Assembly (NCBI GenBank): GCA_964016885.1
Contig: OZ024743.1
Location: 270,258,001-270,322,000 of the forward strand
Origin: Eledone cirrhosa
Taxonomy: Eukaryota
Direction: 5' to 3'
DNA: 64,000 bases
Shown here piece by piece: positions 37,701 through 50,350 of the stretch. Position numbers and translations under genes: made by a program. Position 1 is the first letter of the stretch. Every line of letters starts with the position of its first letter. Below the pieces are notes generated by a model. That model saw nothing but the letters and a program-made list of their open reading frames with translations. It was not told the DNA's origin and searched no databases.

Positions 37701-38272
37701 TGATGTTAGTGGTGTTGGTAGTAGTGTTTGAGGTGGTGTTGATGTTAGTGGTGTTGGTAGTAGTGTTTGAGGTGGTGTTGATGTTAGTGGTGTTGGTAGT
37801 AGTGTTTCAGGTGGTGTTGATGTTAGTGGTGTTGGTAGTAGTGTTTGAGGTGGTGTTGATGTTAGAGGTGTTGGTAGTAGTGTTTGAAGTGGTGTTGATG
37901 TTTGTGGTGTTGGTAGTAGTGTTTGAGGAGGTGTTGATGTTAGTGGTGTTGGCAGTAGTGTTTGAGGTGGTGTTGATGTTAGTGGTATTGGTAGTAGTGT
38001 TTGAGGTGGTGTTGATGTTAGTGGTGTTGGTAGTAGTGTTTGAGGTGGTGTTGATGTTAGCGGTGTTGCTAGTAGTGTTTGAGGTGGTGTTGATGTTTCT
38101 GGTGTTGGGGGTAGTGTTTGAGGTGGTGTTGATGTTAGTGGTGTTGGTAGTAGTGTTTGAGGTGGTGTTGATGTTTGTGGTGTTGGTAGTAGTGTTTGAG
38201 GAGGTGTTGATGTTAGTGGTGTTGGTAGTAGTGTTTGAGGTGGTGTTGATGTTAGTGGTGTTGGTAGTAGTC
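34763..38272 (+). repeat. Higher-order tandem duplication, unit 1755 bp (45 monomers)
   Basis: TTGCTAG (C at 36314/38069) and AGTCTTT (C at 36517/38272) are both offset by exactly 1755 = 45x39. The order of intervening variants is the same. Confidence 0.9.
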
Positions 38273-40762
38273 TTTGAGGTGGTGTTGATGTTACTGGTGT
38301 TGGTAGTAGTGTTTGAGGTGGTGTTGATGTTAGTGGTATTGGTAGTAGTGTTTGAGGTGGTGTTGATGTTAGTGGTGTTGGTAGTAGTGTTTGAGGTGGT
38401 GTTGATGTTAGTGGTGTTGGTAGTTGTGTTTGAGGTGGTGTTGATGTTAGTGGTACTGGTAGTAGTGTTTGAGGTGGTGTTGACGTTAGTGGTGTTGGTA
38501 GTAGTGTTTGAGGTGGTGTTGATGTTAGTGGTACTGGTAGTAGTGTTTGAGGTGGTGTTGATGTTAGTGGTATTGGGGTAGTGTTTGAGGTGGTGTTGAT
38601 GTTAGAGGTGTTGGTAGTAGTGTATGAGGTGGTGTTGATGTTAGTGGTGTTGGTAGTAGTGTTTGAGGTGGTGTTGATGTTAGTGGTGTTGGTAGTAGTG
38701 TTTGAGGTGGTGTTGATGTTAGCGGTGTTGGTAGTAGTGTTTGAGGTGGTGTTGATGTTAGTGGTATTGGTAGTAGTGTTTGAGGTGGTGTTGATGTTAG
38801 TGGTGTTGGTAGTAGTGTTTGAGGTGGTGGTGGTGTTAGTGGTGTTGGTAGTAGTGTTTGATGTGGTGTTGATGTTAGTGGTGTTGGTAGTAGTGTTTGA
38901 GGTGGTATTGATGTTAGTGGTATTGGTAGTAGTGTTAGAGGTGGTGTTGATGTTAGTGGTGTTGGTAGTAGTGTTTGAGGTGGTGGTGGTGTTAGTGGTG
39001 TTGGTAGTAGTGTTTAATGTGGTGTTGATGTTAGTGGTGTTGGTAGTAGTGTTTGAGGTGGTATTGATGTTAGTGGTATTGGTAGTAGTGTTTGAGGTGG
39101 TGTTGATGTTAGTGGTGTTGGTAGTAGTGTTTGAGGTGGTGGTGGTGTTAGTGGTGTTGTTAGTAGTGTTTGATGTGGTGTTGATGTTAGTGGTGTTGTT
39201 AGTAGTGTTTGAGGTGGTATTGATGTTAGTGGTATTGGTAGTAGTGTTTGAGGAGGTGTTGATGTTAGTGGTGTTGGTAGTAGTGTTTGAGGTGGTGTTG
39301 ATGTTAGTGGTGTTGGTAGTAGTGTTTGAGGTGGTGTTGATGTTACTGGTGTTGGTAGTAGTGTTTGAGGTGGTATTGATGTTAGTGGTATTGGTAGTAG
39401 TGTTTGAGGAGGTGTTGATGTTAGTGGTGTTGGTAGTAGTGTTTGAGGTGGTGTTGATGTTAGTGGTGTTGGTAGTAGTGTTTGAGGTGGTGTTGATGTT
39501 ACTGGTGTTGGTAGTAGTGTTTGAGGTGGTGTTGATGTTAGTGGTATTGGTAGTAGTGTTTGAGGTGGTGTTGATGTTAGTGGTGTTGGTAGTAGTGTTT
39601 GAGGAGGTGTGATGTTAGTGGTGTTGGTAGTAGTGTTTGAGGTGGTGTTGATGTTAGTGGTATTGGTAGTAGTGTTTGAGGTGGTGTTGATGTTAGTGGT
39701 GTTGGTAGTAGTGTTTGAGGTGGTGTTGATGTTAGTGGTATTGGTAGTAGTGTTTGAGGTGGTGTTGATGTTAGTGGTGTTGGTAGTAGTGTTTGAGGAG
39801 GTGTTGATGTTAGTGGTGTTGGTAGTAGTGTTTGAGGTGGTGTTGATGTTAGAGGTGTTGGTAGTAGTGTTTGAGGTGGTGTTGATGTTAGTGGTGTTGG
39901 TAGTAGTGTTTGAGGTGGTGTTGATGTTAGTGGTGTTGGTAGTAGTGTTTGAGGTGGTGTTGATGTTAGTGGTGTTGGTAGTAGTGTTTGAGGTGGTGTT
40001 GATGTTAGTGGTGTTGGTAGTAGTGTTTGAGGTGGTGTTGATGTTAGTGGTGTTGGTAGTAGTGTTTGAAGTGGTGTTGATGTTTGTGGTGTTGGTAGTA
40101 GTGTTTGAGGAGGTGTTGATGTTAGTGGTGTTGGCAGTAGTGTTTGAGGTGGTTTTGATGTTAGTGGTATTGGTAGTAGTGTTTGAGGTGGTGTTGATGT
40201 TAGTGGTGTTGGTAGTAGTGTTTGAGGTGGTGTTGATGTTAGCAGTGTTGGTAGTAGTGTTTGAGGTGGTGTTGATGTTTCTGGTGTTGGGGGTAGTGTT
40301 TGAGGTGGTGTTGATGTTAGTGGTGTTGGTAGTAGTGTTTGAGGTGGTGTTGATGTTTGTGGTGTTGGTAGTAGTGTTTGAGGAGGTGTTGATGTTAGTG
40401 GTGTTGGTAGTAGTGTTTGAGGTGGTGTTGATGTTAGTGGTGTTGGTAGTAGTGTTTGAGGTGGTGTTGATGTTACTGGTGTTGGTAGTAGTGTTTGAGG
40501 TGGTGTTGATGTTAGTGGTATTGGTAGTAGTGTTTGAGGTGGTGTTGATGTTAGTGGTGTTGGTATTAGTGTTTGAGGTGGTGTTGATGTTAGTGGTGTT
40601 GGTAGTAGTGTTTGAGGTGGTGTTGATGTTAGTGGTACTGGTATTAGTGTTTGAGGTGGTGTTGATGTTAGTGGTGTTGGTAGTAGTGTTTGAGGTGGTG
40701 TTGATGTTAGTGGTACTGGTAGTAGTGTTTGAGGTGGTGTTGATGTTAGTGGTATTGGGGTA

Positions 40763-43200
40763 GTGTTTGGAGTGGTGTTGATGTTAGTGGTGTTGGTAGT
40801 AGTGTTTGAGGTGGTGTTGATGTTAGTGGTATTGGTAGTAGTGTTTGAGGTGGTGTTGATGTTAGTGGTGTTGGTAGTAGTGTTTGAGGTGGTGGTGGTG
40901 TTAGTGGTGTTGGTAGTAGTGTTTGATGTGGTGTTGATGTTAGTGGTGTTGGTAGTAGTGTTTGAGGTGGTATTGATGTTAGTGGTATTGGTAGTAGTGT
41001 TAGAGGTGGTGTTGATGTTAGTGGTGTTGGTAGTAGTGTTTGAGGTGGTGGTGGTGTTAGTGGTGTTGGTAGTAGTGTTTGATGTGGTGTTGATGTTAGT
41101 GGTGTTGATAGTAGTGTTTGAGGTGGTATTGATGTTAGTGGTATTGGTAGTAGTGTTTGAGGAGGTGTTGATGTTAGTGGTGTTGGTAGTAGTGTTTGAG
41201 GTGGTGGTGGTGTTAGTGGTGTTGGTAGTAGTGTTTGAGGTGGTGTTGATGTTAGTGGTGTTGGTAGTAGTGTTTGAGGTGGTATTGATGTTAGTGGTAT
41301 TGGTAGTAGTGTTTGAGGTGGTGTTGATGTTAGTGGTGTTGGTAGTAGTGTTTGAGGTGGTGGTGGTGTTAGTGGTGTTGGTAGTAGTGTTTGATGTGGT
41401 GTTGATGTTAGTGGTGTTGTTAGTAGTGTTTGAGGTGGTATTGATGTTAGTGGTATTGGTAGTAGTGTTTGAGGAGGTGTTGATGTTAGTGGTGTTGGTA
41501 GTAGTGTTTGAGGTGGTGTTGATGTTAGTGGTGTTGGTAGTAGTGTTTGAGGTGGTGTTGATGTTACTGGTGTTGGTAGTAGTGTTTGAGGTGGTGTTGA
41601 TGTTAGTGGTATTGGTAGTAGTGTTTGAGGTGGTGTTGATGTTAGTGGTGTTGGTAGTAGTGTTTGAGGAGGTGTTGATGTTAGTGGTGTTGGCAGTAGT
41701 GTTTGAGGTGGTTTTGATGTTAGTGGTATTGGTAGTAGTGTTTGAGGTGGTGTTGATGTTAGTAGTGTTGGTAGTAGTGTTTGAGGTGGTGTTGATGTTA
41801 GCAGTGTTGGTAGTAGTGTTTGAGGTGGTGTTGATGTTTCTGGTGTTGGGGGTAGTGTTTGAGGTGGTGTTGATGTTAGTGGTGTTGGTAGTAGTGTTTG
41901 AGGTGGTGTTGATGTTAGTGGTGTTGGGGGTAGTGTTTGAGGTGGTGTTGATGTTAGTGGTGTTGGGGGTAGTGTTTGAGGTGGTGTTGGTGTTAGTGGT
42001 GTTGGTAGTAGTGTTTGAGGTGGTGTTGATGTTAGTGGTGTTGGTAGTAGTGTTTGAGGTGGTGTTGATGTTTGTGGTGTTGGTAGTAGTGTTTGAGGAG
42101 GTGTTGATGTTAGTGATGTTGGTAGTAGTGTTTGAGGTGGTGTTGATGTTAGTGGTGTTGGTAGTACTGTTTGAGGTGGTGTTGATGTTACTGGTGTTGG
42201 TAGTAGTGTTTGAGGTGGTGTTGATGTTAGTGGTATTGGTAGTAGTGTTTGAGGTGGTGTTGATGTTAGTGGTGTTGGTAGTAGTGTTTGAGGTGGTGTT
42301 GATGTTAGTGGTGTTGGTAGTAGTGTTTGAGGTGGTGTTGATGTTAGTGGTACTGGTATTAGTGTTTGAGGTGGTGTTGATGTTAGTGGTGTTGGTAGTA
42401 GTGTTTGAGGTGGTGTTGATGTTAGTGGTACTGGTAGTAGTGTTTGAGGTGGTGTTGATGTTAGTGGTATTGGGGTAGTGTTTGGAGTGGTGTTGATGTT
42501 AGTGGTGTTGGTAGTAGTGTTTGAGGTGGTGTTGATGTTAGTGGTATTGGTAGTAGTGTTTGAGGTGGTGTTGATGTTAGTGGTGTTGGTAGTAGTGTTT
42601 GAGGTGGTGGTGGTGTTAGTGGTGTTGGTAGTAGTGTTTGATGTGGTGTTGATGTTAGTGGTGTTGGTAGTAGTGTTTGAGGTGGTATTGATGTTAGTGG
42701 TATTGGTAGTAGTGTTAGAGGTGGTGTTGATGTTAGTGGTGTTGGTAGTAGTGTTTGAGGTGGTGGTGGTGTTAGTGGTGTTGGTAGTAGTGTTTGATGT
42801 GGTGTTGATGTTAGTGGTGTTGATAGTAGTGTTTGAGGTGGTATTGATGTTAGTGGTATTGGTAGTAGTGTTTGAGGAGGTGTTGATGTTAGTGGTGTTG
42901 GTAGTAGTGTTTGAGGTGGTGGTGGTGTTAGTGGTGTTGGTAGTAGTGTTTGAGGTGGTGTTGATGTTAGTGGTGTTGGTAGTAGTGTTTGAGGTGGTAT
43001 TGATGTTAGTGGTATTGGTAGTAGTGTTTGAGGTGGTGTTGATGTTAGTGGTGTTGGTAGTAGTGTTTGAGGTGGTGGTGGTGTTAGTGGTGTTGGTAGT
43101 AGTGTTTGATGTGGTGTTGATGTTAGTGGTGTTGTTAGTAGTGTTTGAGGTGGTATTGATGTTAGTGATATTGGTAGTAGTGTTTGAGGAGGTGTTGATG
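40763..43200 (+). repeat. Higher-order duplication, offset 1715 bp (44 monomers minus 1 bp)
   Basis: ORFs starting at 40763 and 42478 share their first roughly 230 aa of variant pattern, including TTGATAG (about 41105/42820) and TTGTTAG (about 41417/43132). Confidence 0.75.
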
Positions 43201-46200
43201 TTAGTGGTGTTGGTAGTAGTGTTTGAGGAGGTGTTGATGTTAGTGGTGTTGGTAGTAGTGTTTCAGGTGGTGTTGATGTTAGTGGTATTGGTAGTAGTGT
43301 TTGAGGTGGTGTTGATGTTAGTGGTGTTGGTAGTAGTGTTTGAGGTGGTGTTGATGTTAGTGGTATTGGTAGTAGTTTTTGAGGTGGTGTTGATGTTAGT
43401 GGTGTTGGTAGTAGTGTTTGAGGAGGTGTTGATGTTAGTGGTGTTGGTAGTAGTGTTTGAGGTGGTGTTGATGTTAGAGGTGTTGGTAGTAGTGTTTGAG
43501 GTGGTGTTGATGTTAGTGGTGTTGGTAGTAGTGTTTGAGGTGGTGTTGATGTTAGTGGTGTTGGTAGTAGTGTTTGAAGTGGTGTTGATGTTTGTGGTGT
43601 TGGTAGTAGTGTTTGAGGAGGTGTTGATGTTAGTGGTGTTGGCAGTAGTGTTTGAGGTGGTTTTGATGTTAGTGGTATTGGTAGTAGTGTTTGAGGTGGT
43701 GTTGATGTTAGTGGTGTTGGTAGTAGTGTTTGAGGTGGTGTTGATGTTAGCGGTGTTGGTAGTAGTGTTTGAGGTGGTGTTGATGTTTCTGGTGTTGGGG
43801 GTAGTGTTTGAGGTGGTGTTGATGTTAGTGGTGTTGGTAGTAGTGTTTGAGGTGGTGTTGATGTTTGTGGTGTTGGTAGTAGTGTTTGAGGTGGTGTTGA
43901 TGTTTGTGGTGTTGGTAGTAGTGTTTGAGGAGGTGTTGATGTTAGTGGTGTTGGTAGTAGTGTTTGAGGTGGTGTTGATGTTTGTGGTGTTGGTAGTAGT
44001 GTTTGAGGAGGTGTTGATGTTAGTGGTGTTGGTAGTAGTGTTTGAGGTGGTGTTGATGTTTGTGGTGTTGGTAGTAGTGTTTGAGGAGGTGTTGATGTTA
44101 GTGGTGTTGGTAGTAGTGTTTGAGGTGGTGTTGATGTTAGTGGTGTTGGTAGTAGTGTTTGAGGTGGTGTTGATGTTACTGGTGTTGGTAGTAGTGTTTG
44201 AGGTGGTGTTGATGTTAGTGGTATTGGTAGTAGTGTTTGAGGTGGTGTTGATGTTAGTGGTGTTGGTAGTAGTGTTTGAGGTGGTGTTGATGTTAGTGGT
44301 TTTGGTAGTAGTGTTTGAGGTGGTGTTGATGTTAGTGGTACTGGTATTAGTGTTTGAGGTGGTGTTGATGTTAGTGGTGTTGGTAGTAGTGTTTGAGGTG
44401 GTGTTGATGTTAGTGGTACTGGTAGTAGTGTTTGAGGTGGTGTTGATGTTAGTGGTATTGGGGTAGTGTTTGGAGTGGTGTTGATGTTAGTGGTGTTGGT
44501 AGTAGTGTTTGAGGTGGTGTTGATGTTAGTGGTATTGGTAGTAGTGTTTGAGGTGGTGTTGATGTTAGCGGTGTTGGTAGTAGTGTTTGAGGTGGTGTTG
44601 ATGTTTGTGGTGTTGGGGGTAGTGTTTGAGGTGGTGTTGATGTTAGTGGTGTTGGTAGTAGTGTTTGAGGTGGTGTTGATGTTAGTGGTGTTGGCAGTAG
44701 TGTTTGGGGTGGTGTTGATGTTAGTGGTGTTGGGGGTAGTGTTTGAGGTGGTGTTGATGTTAGTGGTGTTGGTAGTAGTGTTTGAGGTGGTGGTGGTGTT
44801 AGTGGTGTTGGTAGTAGTGTTTGATGTGGTGTTGATGTTAGTGGTGTTGGTAGTAGTGTTTGAGGTGGTATTGATGTTAGTGGTATTGGTAGTAGTGTTT
44901 GAGGAGGTGTTGATGTTAGTGGTGTTGGTAGTAGTGTTTGAGGTGGTGTTGATGTTAGTGGTGTTGGTAGTAGTGTTTGAGGTGGCGTTGATGTTACTGG
45001 TGTTGGTAGTATTGTTTGAGGTGGTGTTGATGTTAGTGGTATTGGTAGTAGTGTTTGAGGTGGTGTTGATGTTAGTGGTGTTGTTAGTAGTGTTTGAGGA
45101 GGTGTTGATGTTAGTGGTGTTGGTAGTAGTGTTTGAGGTGGTGTTGATGTTAGTGGTATTGGTAGTAGTGTTTGAGGTGGTGTTGATGTTAGTGGTGTTG
45201 GTAGTAGTGTTTGAGGTGGTGTTGATGTTAGTGGTGTTGGTAGTAGTGTTTCAGGTGGTGTTGATGTTAGTGGTGTTGGTAGTAGTGTTTGAAGTGGTGT
45301 TGATGTTTGTGGTGTTGGTAGTAGTGTTTGAGGAGGTGTTGATGTTAGTGGTGTTGGCAGTAGTGTTTGAGGTGGTGTTGATGTTAGTGGTATTGGTAGT
45401 AGCGTTTGAGGTGGTGTTGATGTTAGTGGTGTTGGTAGTAGTGTTTGAGGTGGTGTTGATGTTAGCGGTGTTGGTAGTAGTGTTTGAGGTGGTGTTGATG
45501 TTTCTGGTGTTGGGGGTAGTGTTTGAGGTGGTGTTGATGTTAGTGGTGTTGGTAGTAGTGTTTGAGGTGGTGTTGATGTTTGTGGTGTTGGTAGTAGTGT
45601 TTGAGGAGGTGTTGATGTTAGTGGTGTTGGTAGTAGTGTTTGAGGTGGTGTTGATGTTAGTGGTGTTGGTAGTAGTGTTTGAGGTGGTGTTGATGTTAGT
45701 GGTGTTGGTAGTAGTGTTTGAGGTGGTGTTGATGTTACTGGTGTTGGTAGTAGTGTTTGAGGTGGTGTTGATGTTAGTGGTATTGGTAGTAGTGTTTGAG
45801 GTGGTGTTGATGTTAGTGGTGTTGGTAGTAGTGTTTGAGGTGGTGTTGATGTTAGTGGTGTTGGTAGTAGTGTTTGAGGTGGTGTTGATGTTAGCGATGT
45901 TGATAGTAGTGTTTGAGGAGGTGTTGATGTTAGTGGTGTTGGTAGTAGTGTTTGAGGTGGTGTTGATGTTAGAGGTGTTGGTAGTAGTATATGAGGTGGT
46001 GTTGATGTTAGTGGTGTTGGTAGTAGTGTTTGAGGTGGTGTTGATGTTAGTGGTGTTGGTAGTAGTGTTTGAGGTGGTGTTGATGTAGCGGTGTTGGTAG
46101 TAGTGTTTGAGGTGGTGTTGATGTTAGTGGTATTGGTAGTAGTGTTTGAGGTGGTGTTGATGTTAGTGGTGTTGGTAGTAGTGTTTGAGGTGGTGGTGGT

Positions 46201-49200
46201 GTTAGTGGTGTTGGTAGTAGTGTTTGATGTGGTGTTGATATTAGTGGTGTTGGTAGTAGTGTTTGAGGTGGTATTGATGTTAGTGGTATTGGTAGTAGTG
46301 TTAGAGGTGGTGTTGATGTTAGTGGTGTTGGTAGTAGTGTTTGAGGTGGTGTTGATGTTAGTGGTGTTGGTAGTAGTGTTTGAGGTGGTGTTGATGTAGT
46401 GGTGTTGGTAGTAGTGTTTGAGGTGGTGTTGGTGTTAGAGGTGTTGGTAGTAGTGTTTGAGGTGGTGTTGATGTTAGTGGTGTTGGTAGTAGTGTTTGAG
46501 GTGGTGGTGGTGTTAGTGGTGTTGGTAGTAGTGTTTGAGGTGGTGTTGGTGTTAGAGGTGTTGGTAGTAGTGTTTGAGGTGGTGTTGATGTTAGTGGTGT
46601 TGGTAGTAGTGTTTGAGGTGGTGTTGATGTTAGCGGTGTTGGTAGTAGTGTTTGAGGTGGTGTTGATGTTAGTGGTGTTGGTAGTAGTGTTTGAGGAGGT
46701 GTTGATGTTAGTGGTGTTGGTAGTAGTGTTTGAGGAGGTGTTGATGTTAGTGGTGTTGGTAGTAGTGTTTGATGTGGTGTTGATGTTAGTGGTGTTGGTA
46801 GTAGTGTTTGAGGTGGTATTGATGTTAGTGGTATTGGTAGTAGTGTTTGAGGAGGTGTTGATGTTAGTGGTGTTGGTAGTAGTGTTTGAGGTGGTGGTGG
46901 TGTTAGTGGTGTTGGTAGTAGTGTTTGATGTGGTGTTGATGTTAGTGGTGTTGGTAGTAGTGTTTGAGGTGGTATTGATGTTAGTGGTGTTGGTAGTAGT
47001 GTTTGAGGAGGTGTTGATGTTAGTGGTGTTGGTAGTAGTGTTTGAGGTGGTGTTGATGTTAGTGGTGTTGGTAGTAGTGTTTGAGGTGTTGTTGATGTTA
47101 GTGGTGTTGGTAGTAGTGTTTCAGGTGGTGTTGATGTTAGTGGTGTTGGTAGTAGTGTTTGAAGTGGTGTTGATGTTTGTGGTGTTGGTAGTAGTGTTTG
47201 AGGAGGTGTTGATGTTAGTGGTGTTGGCAGTAGTGTTTGAGGTGGTGTTGATGTTAGTGGTATTGGTAGTAGTGTTTGAGGTGGTGTTGATGTTAGCGGT
47301 GTTGGTAGTAGTGTTTGAGGTGGCGTTGATGTTTCTGGTGTTGGGGGTAGTGTTTGAGGTGGTGTTGATGTTAGTGGTGTTGGTAGTAGTGTTTGAGGTG
47401 GTGTTGATGTTTGTGGTGTTGGTAGTAGTGTTTGAGGAGGTGTTGATGTTAGTGGTGTTGGTAGTAGTGTTTGAGGTGGTGTTGATGTTAGTGGTGTTGG
47501 TAGTAGTGTTTGAGGTGGTGTTGATGTTAGTGGTGTTGGTAGTAGTGTTTGAGGTGGTGTTGATGTTACTGGTGTTGGTAGTAGTGTTTGAGGTGGTGTT
47601 GATGTTAGTGGTATTGGTAGTAGTGTTTGAGGTGGTGTTGATGTTAGTGGGGTTGGTAGTAGTGTTTGAGGTGGTGTTGATGTTAGTGGTGTTGGTAGTA
47701 GTGTTTGAGGTGGTGTTGATGTTAGTGGTACTGGTATTAGTGTTTGAGGTGGTGTTGATGTTAGTGGTGTTGGTAGTAGTGTTTGAGGTGGTGTTGATGT
47801 TAGTGGTACTGGTAGTAGTGTTTGAGGTGGTGTTGATGTTAGTGGTATTGGCGTAGTGTTTGGAGTGGTGTTGATGTTAGTGGTGTTGGTAGTAGTGTTT
47901 GAGGTGGTGTTGATGTTAGTGGTGTTGGTAGTAGTGTTTGAGGTGGTGTTGATGTTAGTGGTATTGGTAGTAGTGTTTGAGGTGGTGTTGATATCAGCGG
48001 TGTTGGTAGTAGTGTTTGAGGTGGTGTTGATGTTTGTGGTGTTGGGGGTAGTGTTTGAGGTGGTGTTGATGTTAGTGGTATTGGTAGTAGTGTTTGAGGT
48101 GGTGTTGATGTTAGTGGGGTTGGTAGTAGTGTTTGAGGTGGTGTTGATGTTAGTGGTGTTGGCAGTAGTGTTTGGGGTGGTGTTGATGTTAGTGGTGTTG
48201 GGGGTAGTGTTTGAGGTGGTGTTGATGTTAGTGGTGTTGGGGGTAGTGTTTGAGGTGGTGTTGATGTTAGTGGTGTTGGTAGTAGTGTCTGAGGTGGTGT
48301 TGATGTTAGTGGTGTTGGTAGTAGTGTTTGAGGTGGTGTTGATGTTAGTGGTGTTGGTAGTAGTGTTTGAGGTGGTGTTGATGCTAGTGGTGTTGGGGGT
48401 AGTGTTTGAGTTGGTGTTAATGTTAGCGGTGTTGGTAGTAGTGTTTGAGGTGGTGTTGATGTTAGCGGTGTTGATAGTAGTGTTTGAGGAGGTGTTGATG
48501 TTAGTGGTGTTGGTAGTAGTGTTTGAGGTGGTGTTGATGTTAGAGGTGTTGGTAGTAGTGTATGAGGTGGTGTTGATGTTAGTGGTGTTGGTAGTAGTGT
48601 TTGAGGTGGTGTTGATGTTAGTGGTGTTGGTAGTAGTGTTTGAGGTGGTGTTGATGTTAGTGGTGTTGGTAGTAGTGTTTGTGGTGGTGTTGATGTTAGT
48701 GGTGTTTGTAGTAGTGTTTGAGGTGGTGTTGATGTTAGTGGTGTTGGTAGTAGTGTTTGAGGTGGTGTTGATGTTAGTGGTGTTGGTAGTAGTGTTTGAG
48801 GTGGTGTTGATGTTAGTGGTGTTGGTAGTAGTGTTTGAGGTGGTGTTGATGTTAGTGGTGTTGGTAGTAGTGTTTGAGGTGGTGGTGATGTTAGTGGTGT
48901 TGTGGGTAGTGTTTGAGGTGGTGTTGATGTTAGTGGTGTTGGTAGTAGTGTTTGAGGTGGTGTTGATGTTAGTGGTGTTGGGGGTAGTGTTTGAGGTGGT
49001 GTTGATGTTAGTGGTGTTGGTAGTAGTGTCTGAGGTGGTGTTGATGTTAGTGGTGTTGGTAGTAGTGTTTGAGGTGGTGTTGATGTTAGTGGTGTTGGTA
49101 GTAGTGTTTGAGGTGGTGGTGATGTTAGTGGTGTTGGGTGTAGTGTTTGAGGTGGTGTTGATGTTAGTTGTGTTGGTAGTAGTGTTTGAGGTGGTGTTGA

Positions 49201-50350
49201 TGTTAGTGGTGTTGGGGGTAGTGTTTGAGGTGGTGTTGATGTTAGTGGTGTTGGTAGTAGTGTCTGAGGTGGTGTTGATGTTAGTGGTGTTGGTAGTAGT
49301 GTTTGAGGTGGTGTTGATGTTAGTGGTGTTGGTAGTAGTGTTTGAGGTGGTGTTGATGTTAGTGGTGTTGGTAGTAGTGTTTGAGGTGGTGTTGATGTTA
49401 GTGGTGTTGGTAGTAGTGTTTGAGGTGGTGTTGATGTTAGTGGTGTTGGTAGTAGTGTTTGAGGTGGTGTTGATGTTAGTGGTGTTGGTAGTAGTGTCTG
49501 AGGTGGTGTTGATGTTAGTGGTGTTGGTAGTAGTGTTTGAGGTGGTGTTGATGTTAGTGGTGTTGGTAGTAGTGTTTGAGGTGGTGTTGATGTTAGTGGT
49601 GTTGGTAGTAGTGTTTCAGGTGGTGTTGATGTTAGTGGTGTTGGTAGTAGTGTTTGAAGTGGTGTTGATGTTTGTGGTGTTGGTAGTAGTGTTTGAGGAG
49701 GTGTTGATGTTAGTGGTGTTGGCAGTAGTGTTTGAGGTGGTGTTGATGTTAGTGGTATTGGTAGTAGTGTTTGAGGTGGTGTTGATGTTAGCGGTGTTGG
49801 TAGTAGTGTTTGAGGTGGCGTTGATGTTTCTGGTGTTGGGGGTAGTGTTTGAGGTGGTGTTGATGTTAGTGGTGTTGGTAGTAGTGTTTGAGGTGGTGTT
49901 GATGTTTGTGGTGTTGGTAGTAGTGTTTGAGGAGGTGTTGATGTTAGTGGTGTTGGTAGTAGTGTTTGAGGTGGTGTTGATGTTAGTGGTGTTGGTAGTA
50001 GTGTTTGAGGTGGTGTTGATGTTAGTGGTGTTGGTAGTAGTGTTTGAGGTGGTGTTGATGTTACTGGTGTTGGTAGTAGTGTTTGAGGTGGTGTTGATGT
50101 TAGTGGTATTGGTAGTAGTGTTTGAGGTGGTGTTGATGTTAGTGGGGTTGGTAGTAGTGTTTGAGGTGGTGTTGATGTTAGTGGTGTTGGTAGTAGTGCT
50201 TGAGGTGGTGTTGATGTTAGTGGTACTGGTATTAGTGTTTGAGGTGGTGTTGATGTTAGTGGTGTTGGTAGTAGTGTTTGAGGTGGTGTTGATGTTAGTG
50301 GTACTGGTAGTAGTGTTTGAGGTGGTGTTGATGTTAGTGGTATTGGCGTA

